Shown: positions 1 through 8,278, counted from the first letter of the stretch. The stretch: 64,000 bases of DNA from Acidimicrobiales bacterium (GCA_035540955.1 DATLFP010000030.1:5709-69708), one strand, 5' to 3'. Notes: generated by a model not told the origin, from the sequence alone. A program made the numbers and translations.

Positions 1-2944
1 CGTTGCGAACGCCCGTGAGTGCCTTCATCCGGCGCCAGCGCTCGCGCGCCGTGCCGATGATCTGGTTCACACGGGCTCGTGTCACGTCGAGCTGGCCGGC
101 GACGTCGGCTTGGCTCGGCCACGAGGGGAGCGTTCCGCCATCGGTGAGGCGGGCGGCGTCGTCGAGCCCCAGGAGCAGGCGGATGGCCGCGACCTCGGTC
201 GTGTTGGCGCTGGTCGCCTTGGGCACGAGCAGCGCCGCGATCCGGTCGACGCTGAACGCGGTGGCGTCCGCTTCGTCACCGGTCACGCTCTCGCTCGACT
301 CCACATCGAACCGGGCCCGCAAGGCGCGGGCTGCCGCCGCCACCTCGCGTCTCGTCCGGTCGCCCACGGCGCGAAGGCGCATGACGTCGCGGTACGGGGT
401 CCGCAACAGGTCGTCGACGGTGTGGACGTTGCTGCGGCTCAATGCGTCGAGGGCGCGCGGGGTGAGGCCGAGCTCGACGAGCGGCGTCGCCAGGGTCGCG
501 GTGCTGACGGCCGCGGCCAGGACGCCTGACGACTCGGTGTCCTGTCCGTTCTCGGTGAGGGTGAGCACTGGCTGGTCGGCGCCGAGGAAGGACTCCTGCC
601 ACGCCCGGCGCATCTCGTCGACCGTGCCGAAGCGGTCGGAGGGGTCGCGAGACAGCGCGACCCGGAAGAACGAACCGAGCGCGTCAGCGACGGCCGGGTC
701 GAGCAGGTCCTGGTCGACGGTGACCTCGAGGCCGGGGATGCTCGCGGGATCGACGCCTTCGCCCCATCGGGGGCGGGTACCGGTCGCCATCTCGTACAGG
801 GTGACGGCCGCCGCCCAACGCTCGGCGTGGATGTCCCACCGACGCGCCGGCCGCTCGTCGAGGAACGGGTCGAGGTAGCCGGGCGTGCCGGCGCGGATCT
901 GCTCGGGCGGCGTGCGGGCGAGGGAGAAGTCGAACAGGACGAGGTGCAGCTCGTCGCGCGGCTTGCGGGCCTTGATGCCGAGGTTGTCGGGCTTGATGTC
1001 TCGGTGAGCGATGCCGTCCTGCTCGAGGAAGGTGACGACCTCGAGTAGGTCGTCACCCCATCGTTGGAGGAGGTCGAGACCGAGGCGGCCGTCCTGGCGC
1101 AGCACCTGTGCCAGCGTCCGCTCACCGGCCAGCTCCAGGTGAAGGACGAGCCGGCCGGCGATCTGGTCGAGGTCGTAGGCAGCGGCGATGCCCTTGTGCC
1201 GTGCGATCTGCAGCACCTCGTACTCGCCGCGGAGCCGTTCGTGGTGCTCGGGATCGAGCGCCACCTTGAGCACCTCGGAGCGGCCGGCCCGCTCCGCCAG
1301 CAGTGCTACCGCGCTCGATCCCTTGCCGAGCCGGCGCCGCACGATCCATCCGCCTTCGAGGACGTCGCCCTGGTTGGCGCGCAGCGGGTCGACTGGCTCG
1401 TCGACGGTGTCGGGCGCGCCGGTCAGCTCGTCGAGGGCGAGGTCGAGACCGGCGAGGAAGTCCTCGATCGTTCCCATCCGTTCCGCCACGTCGGCGGCCG
1501 TCGCTTCGCGGATCAGCAGCCGCAGCGCCTCGGCGGGCGCGTCCTGCGCCGCGCTCAGCTCCAGGCCGCCGTGGTCGCGCAGCACGCCCCGCAGCTCGGC
1601 CGCATCGGACGCCGGCGGCCGGCCGGTGAGCACGTGGAAGGCGACCGCGCCGAGCGCGAACACGTCGAGCTGGCGGCCGGGAGCGTCGGGCACCACGAAC
1701 GTCTCCGGCGCCAGATACGCGGTGGCGGTCGCCGTCACCAGATCGACGACGTGAGAGGTGCCGGCGAGCCCGGTCGAGTCACCACCGCCGGGCTGCTCGC
1801 GGGCGCCGGTCTGCCAGTCACCGACGCGGACGGTCGGCTCGGCTCTCTCGGGATTCGACACGAAGATGCTGCGCGGGCTCAGCGCCCGGTGGAACAGCCC
1901 GCGCCCGTGGGCGTGCGCCAGGGCCTCCGCGATCTCGCGGACCACGTGGAGCCGGGTGTCGAGGCTGAGACGGTCGCCCCGGTCTTCCAGCCACCGGTCG
2001 AGGCGCACCGCCGACGGATCGTGATCGAACACGAGCGCCGGCCCGTAGTCGTGCTCGCGGACGTCGAGCGGCCGGATGATCGACGGGTGCTGCACGCCTT
2101 CGAGCAGGCGGTACTCGCGATGGGCGGCGCGCACCAGACGGTCGCGCTCCTCGGCGGTGTGGGTGCTCTCCGCCAGCCACACCCGGATGCGCTTGTGCAC
2201 CTGCGGCATGGCGCGATGCGTCGCCTCCCAGTCCTGCCAGCCGCGGTCTTCGTCGAGCAGGTCGCCGAGGTCGTAGTCGCCGACTCGGCGGTGGCGCTGG
2301 GAGGGGCGGATGCCGGACTGAGCCACCGCCTCGGCGATGGCGGCCGACAGCGGTCGGTCGACAGCGCGTTGCGCACGCGCCGGGCGGTCGCCGCGCGCGG
2401 CGACGACCGGCAGGTTGCCGCGCAGCAGGTCAGCGAGGTTCGGCAGCTGCACACCGTTGGGCGACACCGGCGGGACGCCACGGCCGAACACGCGCGTGCG
2501 ACCGTCGGCGAGGAGCTGCACGTCGAGCGCTGCGTCGGTGAGGAATACGACGGGCTCGATCCAGATCTCTGGCCGTCCTCGCAGCGCCTTCTGGCGCACG
2601 AGGAGCGACTTCAGCTTCTTCGCCTTGCGGTCAGCGGCCAGGAGCGGGTTGTCGATCGTGCGAGTGGTCGACCCTGGCTCCGGTGGCGTCCACCGCCACG
2701 AGTGGGCGTTGCCGCTCATCCGCCCCGGGTGGCCCTTCAGCTCAACGAGGAAGATGCCGGTGCGGCCGACGACCAGGCAGTCGATCTCGTTGATCGAGCC
2801 GTCGTCGCCGACGAACTCGACGTTCGCCCACCCTCGGTACGGTGCGCTCGGCGGCAGAGCGTCGCGGATGAACGCCAAGCCCTCCCGCTCCCACGGGAAG
2901 CGAGACGGGTTGACCTCCGACCACAGCTCCGAGTCGCGCTCCAT
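1..2944 (-). CDS. pglW: NERD-domain + tandem (pseudokinase + kinase) Ser/Thr protein kinase, PglW-like; C-terminal end lies beyond the left window edge
   Basis: Missing from the ORF track because it has no stop inside the window. Manual minus-strand translation from ATG at 2944 gives >980 uninterrupted codons with G/C-rich third positions (MERDSELWSEVNPSRFPWEREGLAFIRDAL...). It shows a NERD-like block EIDCLVVGRTGIFLVELKGHPG. The first kinase-like domain has a degenerate catalytic loop HRALSPRS. The second domain has GKGSSAVALL..VLKV, HRDIKPDN (antisense of 983-1006), FDFSLA and GTPGYLDPF. HhH/HTH-like segments follow (LTPRALDALSRSNVHTVDDLL; LDVTRARVNQIIGTARERW). The CDS itself is about 0.9; the PglW assignment is about 0.5. 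Confidence 0.75.
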   Translation of the reverse strand, partial: MERDSELWSEVNPSRFPWEREGLAFIRDALPPSAPYRGWANVEFVGDDGSINEIDCLVVGRTGIFLVELKGHPGRMSGNAHSWRWTPPEPGSTTRTIDNPLLAADRKAKKLKSLLVRQKALRGRPEIWIEPVVFLTDAALDVQLLADGRTRVFGRGVPPVSPNGVQLPNLADLLRGNLPVVAARGDRPARAQRAVDRPLSAAIAEAVAQSGIRPSQRHRRVGDYDLGDLLDEDRGWQDWEATHRAMPQVHKRIRVWLAESTHTAEERDRLVRAAHREYRLLEGVQHPSIIRPLDVREHDYGPALVFDHDPSAVRLDRWLEDRGDRLSLDTRLHVVREIAEALAHAHGRGLFHRALSPRSIFVSNPERAEPTVRVGDWQTGAREQPGGGDSTGLAGTSHVVDLVTATATAYLAPETFVVPDAPGRQLDVFALGAVAFHVLTGRPPASDAAELRGVLRDHGGLELSAAQDAPAEALRLLIREATAADVAERMGTIEDFLAGLDLALDELTGAPDTVDEPVDPLRANQGDVLEGGWIVRRRLGKGSSAVALLAERAGRSEVLKVALDPEHHERLRGEYEVLQIARHKGIAAAYDLDQIAGRLVLHLELAGERTLAQVLRQDGRLGLDLLQRWGDDLLEVVTFLEQDGIAHRDIKPDNLGIKARKPRDELHLVLFDFSLARTPPEQIRAGTPGYLDPFLDERPARRWDIHAERWAAAVTLYEMATGTRPRWGEGVDPASIPGLEVTVDQDLLDPAVADALGSFFRVALSRDPSDRFGTVDEMRRAWQESFLGADQPVLTLTENGQDTESSGVLAAAVSTATLATPLVELGLTPRALDALSRSNVHTVDDLLRTPYRDVMRLRAVGDRTRREVAAAARALRARFDVESSESVTGDEADATAFSVDRIAALLVPKATSANTTEVAAIRLLLGLDDAARLTDGGTLPSWPSQADVAGQLDVTRARVNQIIGTARERWRRMKALTGVRN

Positions 2945-3084
2945 GGGCCTCTTTCTGGCGTTTCGCCCGCATCACGCGTGCGCAGTCGATGCTAGGAGAC
3001 AGGTGTGACGACGTTTGGCTGACGGCGGCGGACGAAGCGTTCGGGGCGAACTGCCATGCTTGTCCCGGTTCCGGGAGGTGACCA

Positions 3085-3507
3085 GTGAGCGAGGGTGATG
3101 AAGGCCGGAACATGGGAACCCCCGAGGAGGTCGGGGCCGCGTACGAGCAGTTCCGCGCCGCCTTCCGCCCGCGTGCGATGACTCCGGAGGAAGAAGCTGC
3201 CATGGGGCTCGCCATCGAGCTCTCCGACGCGGAGCTCCGCGCGTTCGTCGAGATGAACCGGGCGAGCGCCATGGCTGCCGAGTTTCCGGAGGAGCTGCGC
3301 GAGACGGTGCTCAGCGATCTCGCACAGGCGATGTCGCTGGCCGAAGCACTGCATAGGTCGTGGAGCGCCGACACCGAACCGGCGGACTTGCTCGCCAGTG
3401 CTCGCGCGTTGCGTGACGCGGCTGCCGCACTCGCGACGACGATCGAAGCGCTCTGGCCGGGGAGTCCGCCCCCGGATTACAGCCGCGACTTCCTCGCCGA
3501 CGGCTGA
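3085..3507 (+). CDS. hypothetical protein (140 aa, acidic/helical)
   Basis: ORF 3085..3507 has G/C-rich third positions. SD-like GGGAGG lies about 6-8 nt upstream of the GTG start. It is divergent from the kinase gene. No family recognised. Confidence 0.6.
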   Translation: MSEGDEGRNMGTPEEVGAAYEQFRAAFRPRAMTPEEEAAMGLAIELSDAELRAFVEMNRASAMAAEFPEELRETVLSDLAQAMSLAEALHRSWSADTEPADLLASARALRDAAAALATTIEALWPGSPPPDYSRDFLADG

Positions 3508-3523
3508 CCGCCAGGACAGATCG

Positions 3524-4135
3524 GTGCCTTCGACCGTGGCGAGTCTGTTCGCGGCCGCTGGACTGACCCACGCTGGCGTCATGCGGTGGGGCACGCCACC
3601 GAAACTGGACCAGCCGGGTGCCTACGTCGTCGCCCGTACTGAGTCGCTCGACGACCTCGTGTCCGAGTGGCACGCGGAGCTTTCATCCGCGGCCCTCGCT
3701 GAACTGCTCGACACGCGGCCGGAGCTGCGGCTGGACGGTCGGCGTCCTTCGACCGCCGACCTGGGGGACCGGCTGCAGCACTTCTGGCTTCCCGACGAGC
3801 CCGTGCTGTACATCGGGCTCGCCTCGACATCCGTCCGTACCCGCGTCACCGCGTACTACCGCACCCGGCTCGGAGCGAGGAAGCCCCACGCCGGCGGCTG
3901 GTTCCTGAAGACGCTCAGCGACCTCGATGACCTCTGGGTGCACGTAGCCCCCGCAGCCGATCCCGCAGGTGCCGAGGACGCGATGCTGCGCTCGTTCTGC
4001 TCTGGGGTCTCGGACGCGTCCGGTGCTCGACTCCGGGACCCTGATCGGCCGTTCCCGTTCGCCAACCTCGAGTGGCCGCCCGGCGTGCGGAAGCGGCACG
4101 GGATCACCGGAGCCAAGGAACCTCAGCCTCTATGA
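3524..4135 (+). CDS. hypothetical protein with GIY-YIG-like motifs (tentative nuclease fold)
   Basis: This is the in-frame GTG at 3524 inside ORF 3398..4135; the upstream part of that ORF overlaps the previous gene and is Arg/Ser-rich junk. Motifs are QPGAYVVART ... EPVLYIGLASTSVRTRVTAYY ... AEDAMLRSF ... PFANLEWP. The GxY and YIG elements are much further apart than in canonical GIY-YIG, so the fold call is weak. Confidence 0.55.
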   Translation: MPSTVASLFAAAGLTHAGVMRWGTPPKLDQPGAYVVARTESLDDLVSEWHAELSSAALAELLDTRPELRLDGRRPSTADLGDRLQHFWLPDEPVLYIGLASTSVRTRVTAYYRTRLGARKPHAGGWFLKTLSDLDDLWVHVAPAADPAGAEDAMLRSFCSGVSDASGARLRDPDRPFPFANLEWPPGVRKRHGITGAKEPQPL

Positions 4136-4163
4136 GCGATGCGGGGGTGGACGACCTCGCGAC

Positions 4164-4194
4164 GAGCCGCGCGACACGAGCGGGGTCGCGGCTC
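4164..4194. terminator. possible bidirectional stem-loop between convergent genes
   Basis: Imperfect inverted repeat GAGCCGCGCGAC ... GTCGCGGCTC overlaps the pAgo stop codon. There is no T-tract. Confidence 0.2.
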
Positions 4195-5650
4195 AGATGT
4201 AGTAGCTGAACCTCGTCTGCGGCTCCTCGTCCTCGTCGACCTCAGCCATGATGGTTCCGACCTTCTGTGCGAACGCCAAGGTCACCGGGAACTGCATGTG
4301 ATCGGCGGCCGAGTTCCAGTTCAGCTTGGTGAGCGCCATGACGTCCTGTGCTGCTCGTTCGATGTCGACGTCGTCGTCCGCGACCAGATCGAGCGGAACT
4401 GGGATGTGCGAACCCTTGTAGGTGCGACGGTTGGCTTGGTAGCCGGTGGTGAGGAGAAAGGCGCGATCGCCGATCGTCGTGAGCGAGCCTCGCGGAGGCG
4501 GGTAGTCGCCTTGACGGAGCAACCGGAAGTCGCTTGTACGTAGCGCCACGAACTCGACCTCGGGAACGTTGTCCAGGGCACGAAGTGCGCCTCGACGTTC
4601 GCCGTCGGTGAACGCAGTCGTCTTGTGCACCACCACGCGCCGAGGGTCGCGCGCCGTGCGGAGGCGGTAGTGCTCCAGCACATTGAGGACGAGCCGAGCG
4701 GTCTCGTCCTCGGAGAGCCGCAAGCGCAAGTCGTCAGGTGTCTTCTCGGCCTCGCCGCCGCGAAGGGCGAATCCCTCCGATCCCGGATAGAAGGCTTGAG
4801 CGAGTCCGGCGTTGACGGAGTGGCCGCCGCGATGCCACCGGTGGTGGAACGAGATGCCGATGTAGAGCGTGTCGAGCGCGGGCGTCGCCACTCGCCACGG
4901 GGCTCCACCTGCCTTGTAGAAGAGCGCGACACCGAGGTTCCACGCACGACTCGCGGGGTCGTCGTGGCGTCCGGGGATTGGTCCAAAGAGGTTTGGTGTG
5001 ACGATCTGGATCGGCGCCGCAATCCGCATTGCCGACGCCTTCAGCGCGCGACGGAAGTCTCGTTCGAGCAGCGCCTCTGGTCCGGTCAGCGCTTCGATCG
5101 TCGCCGGCTGCTCGTCGAAGAGGCTCAGCTGCGCGGTGGGCTTCACGGGTGCGTCCGCGAAGCGAACGCGACGGCAGTGCTTCAGGACTTCGCCTGGGAT
5201 TGCGCACAAGATGAGGTCCGGAGGAGGATCGCTGTGAACGCGCAGCTGTTCGAGCCCCGCCGTCCAGATTGCGAGCAGCTCGCGGAACGCCTTCGGCGGA
5301 TCAAGGTCCAGAGCTTCGGCGAGCTGATGGTCGGGGATGATGTACGTCCAGCTGTCATCGACGAGCAGCTGGCTATGGAAGGTCGACGCGAAGCCGGGGA
5401 ACGGCGGTCGCTGCAGCTGCATGTCCCCAAGCGTGGGGATGCTGTCTTGCATCATGGCCAGGAAGCCGCGGGCCTTCGATACGGGGCTCGCCGGTCCCAC
5501 GAGGCCCACGCGCACCTGCTGCGGGTGTCTGGCGCCGAGGCTGAGGCTGTACGGCCCGAAGGCCGTGAGCCCCTCCTTGACGCGGCTGTCAGTTCCGGTG
5601 CCGAACTCCAGCGTCGGCTCTTCGAGCTGCCGTACCACGACGCGGGTCAC
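4193..5650 (-). CDS. short prokaryotic Argonaute (MID-PIWI only, catalytically inactive)
   Basis: 485-aa ORF. It has the PIWI-entry motif ALFYKAGGAPWRV. Catalytic DEDX positions are substituted (LYIGISFH instead of GxDV; VVVHKTTAF instead of HRDG). The C-terminus ...QTRFSYYI is pAgo-like. The GTG start overlaps the upstream stop (GTGA at 5647-5650). Confidence 0.85.
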   Translation of the reverse strand: MTRVVVRQLEEPTLEFGTGTDSRVKEGLTAFGPYSLSLGARHPQQVRVGLVGPASPVSKARGFLAMMQDSIPTLGDMQLQRPPFPGFASTFHSQLLVDDSWTYIIPDHQLAEALDLDPPKAFRELLAIWTAGLEQLRVHSDPPPDLILCAIPGEVLKHCRRVRFADAPVKPTAQLSLFDEQPATIEALTGPEALLERDFRRALKASAMRIAAPIQIVTPNLFGPIPGRHDDPASRAWNLGVALFYKAGGAPWRVATPALDTLYIGISFHHRWHRGGHSVNAGLAQAFYPGSEGFALRGGEAEKTPDDLRLRLSEDETARLVLNVLEHYRLRTARDPRRVVVHKTTAFTDGERRGALRALDNVPEVEFVALRTSDFRLLRQGDYPPPRGSLTTIGDRAFLLTTGYQANRRTYKGSHIPVPLDLVADDDVDIERAAQDVMALTKLNWNSAADHMQFPVTLAFAQKVGTIMAEVDEDEEPQTRFSYYI

Positions 5651-8241
5651 GGTTCCTCCACGTCATCGAAGTCGTCGAACTCATCGTCATCGAGGTCGTC
5701 AACTTCGTCGTCGATGTGCTCCAGATCCTCCGGGTCGGGCTCGTCATTTGCACCAGATCCTTGGGTTGGCAGCATCCCTGCTTCGTCGCGGCGGAGCGGG
5801 GTTCGTTCGAGGTAGACGGCATCGGAGCCGTCATCGAGGACCGCCGAGTCCGCATCGCCGCAGATCGCCCATGCCCAGAAGAACACGTGGTTGAGAACGG
5901 ACTGGTTGCGCTCGTTGCCCATCTTTCGTGTCGAAAGCTGCGTTGTGCGTCGGCGCGTCTCGAGCTTCCCGCGCCCGTCGGTCGTGAAGACCCATGTCGG
6001 GTCGACGGTTAGGAGCCACTCGTCCTCGACATGGATGAACGACCACGCCATCGCCTGGTGCTCGTAGTAGGGGCGTCGGCTCTCCGCGGCCTTCATTCGT
6101 GAGACCGTGCGCGTCGCGACGCGCATCCGTGCCTGGTACTCGACTTCGCGGTCACTGCCGTCGTCGTTGATGTGGAACCAGATCCGACCCTTCCTGTGGT
6201 GGACCTCCGTGCCGTCGGCCTGCATGTGCCGCTCGAACATCCGGTTCAGCAGCTCGATGACGTGAGCCTCGCCATCAGGCGACGAGCAGACCTCCTCGAC
6301 GGCGTGAAGCTCGGGAGCCTCGACGTGGGATCGAAGCGGATTAGTCGCCTGCGAGAGGTCCGAGAACGTGTAGAGGTTGCGGCCGTCCAGCACGAAGCGG
6401 GGCACAGCCTCACCTGGATGGGAGTCGAAGACATCTCGAGGCTTGCGCGCCCTCGTCGGGCCTACCCAGATCTCCTCGGGCACCTTGACCCGGAGAGCGT
6501 TCACGTAGAAGACCTCGTACGAGCCCTCGGGGACGACGATTGATGCTCCCGGACGGCTGTCGGCTCGGCTCGTGACTACTGCTTCGAACTGGCGGTTCGC
6601 TGTGCCGACGTCGAAGGTCGCGACGCCTCCTCCGTCGCGTGCCCAGCGACGGACGTCGACCAAGCCGCTCCCGTACTTGTCCATCAAGCCGGTGGCGTAG
6701 AACACCTCTGCGAGGCTCGGATTGCGGTAGTGACGCACGGCTCGCTCACCGAGGTCGTCGATGTCTTCCGGATCGACGAGGCCACCTGGGTTGATGATGC
6801 GGAGACGCTGTTCGTCGATCGAGACGTCGATCGGCTCATCGGCCTCGTGGTCGCGATGCACCAGGGCGTTGACCAGTAGCTCCTTCACCGCCAGTGGCGG
6901 ATACGGGCGCACCTCGAACGACTGGGGGCCCTTGACCCGGTACGGCTCGTTCGCCGCCGCGATCAGCTCGGTCAGCTCGTCATAGAGCTCGAACAGGTTG
7001 CCGGTTACCGAACGGACGCGGCCGCCGCTCTCGATCGTCGCGGCGACTGGCCTGTCGTTCCCGAACAACAGGCGACCGGCGTTCGTCAACGTTTCGCCCA
7101 GGCTTGTTGGCGTCAGCAGGTTCATGAGCCGCAACCGGTCGCGGGCTGCGTCGGCGTCTCGGGAAGGGTTTGAAAGAGCGAGTCGTTCGAGGGCAGCATC
7201 ACCGAGCACTCGAGTCACGAGCTCGCTGTCGAACCCGTCGGCGTCTGCGGACCTTGCATCGAACGGCAACCAGTCGGCTGGCCGGGTCGATGGGTCGCGC
7301 ATCACGCCCTCGTCGAGCTCAGCCATGATCTCGTCGAACCCCTCGATCTCGACGAGCGCGAAGTTCCCGCCGCACCTCTCCGCGAGCTGAAGGACATGCG
7401 GGTGGAGATCGCCGTCGCGCGGTCTCGTGCACCAGTAGACGCCGTGTGGCAGAGCGACGGCTCCCGTCGAAGCGGCGGCGAGCAGGAGGTCGCGGTACAC
7501 CGACGGCTCGGCCCCTCTGTAGCCGATCACGATCAATGGATGATCCGCGATCAGCGGGATGATCCGGCTCGCATACGTGGGGTCGAGCTGTGCGACCTCC
7601 TCCGTGAGGTTGAGGTCCGCGTAGTGCTCGATGACTCCGTGCACGTGGATCACCTGGCTGACCGCCGGATCGGTCGAGATGAGGTCGACTTGCGCGGGTG
7701 ACTGGATCTGGATGATCGATGAGGCCGATGGGTCGCGCCGGCAACTGTCGTAGATGAGCGTCTCGAAGTTCGGCGTAAGGATCGTATGGATGCGCCGCTT
7801 GCCGACCAGCGACGCGAGCGCTCGGTAGCCGCTGCTAGCCAGATCAGGGCTGACGATCACCTGCTCCTGCAGGAACTGTCGACGTCGTTCGCGCGGCTCG
7901 AGGAGTTCCTTGATGTGCCGTGCGTAGAGCTCCTGCAGCTCGAGGGTCGGATCGAACCACTCGTGCGCGCTGACCCACGGGTACCAGTCGCTGCGCATCA
8001 ACGCGGGGTCGTCCAGATCGCGCCCGTGCTTCCGGCAGTACGCGTAACGACCGATCAGCTCGATGAGCTGCCATACGAGGGGCACGCCCGACGTGGCGGA
8101 TGCGCCCGCACCCAGAAGCAGCACGGGACGCGGTCGGCCATCGCGGACCACAGACCGGAGATCGGCGATGTCGGTCTTCCTCATCGGTACCGCCTCGTAC
8201 GTGTGTTCGAACAGTAGTCCTTCGTCGGCATCGCGAACCAC
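5647..8241 (-). CDS. SIR2 - (HATPase_c_4/RecG-C-like module) - APAZ effector partner of short pAgo, with poly-acidic C-terminal tail
   Basis: 864-aa ORF. The N-terminal SIR2-type motifs are VLLLGAGASATSGVP, HTILTPNFETL (Asn) and VIHVHG (His). The central block is LTNAGRLLFG...PLAVKELLVNALVHRDHEADEPIDVSIDEQRLRIINPGGL...YRNPSLAEVFYATGLMDKYGSGL. The C-terminal third follows the APAZ pattern I recall from TIR-APAZ/SIR2-APAZ proteins (PRFVLDGRNLYTFSDL; HVIELLNRMFERHM; YYEHQAMAWSFIHVEDEWLLTVDPTWVFTTDG; ERNQSVLNHVFFW). It ends in DEPDPEDLEHIDDEVDDLDDDEFDDFDDVEEP. Confidence 0.85.
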   Translation of the reverse strand: MVRDADEGLLFEHTYEAVPMRKTDIADLRSVVRDGRPRPVLLLGAGASATSGVPLVWQLIELIGRYAYCRKHGRDLDDPALMRSDWYPWVSAHEWFDPTLELQELYARHIKELLEPRERRRQFLQEQVIVSPDLASSGYRALASLVGKRRIHTILTPNFETLIYDSCRRDPSASSIIQIQSPAQVDLISTDPAVSQVIHVHGVIEHYADLNLTEEVAQLDPTYASRIIPLIADHPLIVIGYRGAEPSVYRDLLLAAASTGAVALPHGVYWCTRPRDGDLHPHVLQLAERCGGNFALVEIEGFDEIMAELDEGVMRDPSTRPADWLPFDARSADADGFDSELVTRVLGDAALERLALSNPSRDADAARDRLRLMNLLTPTSLGETLTNAGRLLFGNDRPVAATIESGGRVRSVTGNLFELYDELTELIAAANEPYRVKGPQSFEVRPYPPLAVKELLVNALVHRDHEADEPIDVSIDEQRLRIINPGGLVDPEDIDDLGERAVRHYRNPSLAEVFYATGLMDKYGSGLVDVRRWARDGGGVATFDVGTANRQFEAVVTSRADSRPGASIVVPEGSYEVFYVNALRVKVPEEIWVGPTRARKPRDVFDSHPGEAVPRFVLDGRNLYTFSDLSQATNPLRSHVEAPELHAVEEVCSSPDGEAHVIELLNRMFERHMQADGTEVHHRKGRIWFHINDDGSDREVEYQARMRVATRTVSRMKAAESRRPYYEHQAMAWSFIHVEDEWLLTVDPTWVFTTDGRGKLETRRRTTQLSTRKMGNERNQSVLNHVFFWAWAICGDADSAVLDDGSDAVYLERTPLRRDEAGMLPTQGSGANDEPDPEDLEHIDDEVDDLDDDEFDDFDDVEEP

Positions 8242-8258
8242 GGCGCTGTAGTTACACG

Positions 8259-8278
8259 GCTGTCAGAAGGGTGACAGC
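8259..8278. promoter_or_regulatory. 7-bp perfect inverted repeat (GCTGTCA-N6-TGACAGC) 18 nt upstream of the SIR2-APAZ start
   Basis: Read directly. It lies in the 178-bp divergent intergenic region between the pAgo operon and the coupling-protein gene. Confidence 0.35.

Noticed and set aside
1064-2995. 643-aa plus-strand ORF (and neighbours 3..878, 439..1125, 1879..2481)
   Set aside because: These are antisense or off-frame shadows of the PglW-like kinase gene. Their composition is Arg/Gly/Ala/Val-rich with no motifs and poor third-position bias. The kinase frame on the minus strand explains the whole region.
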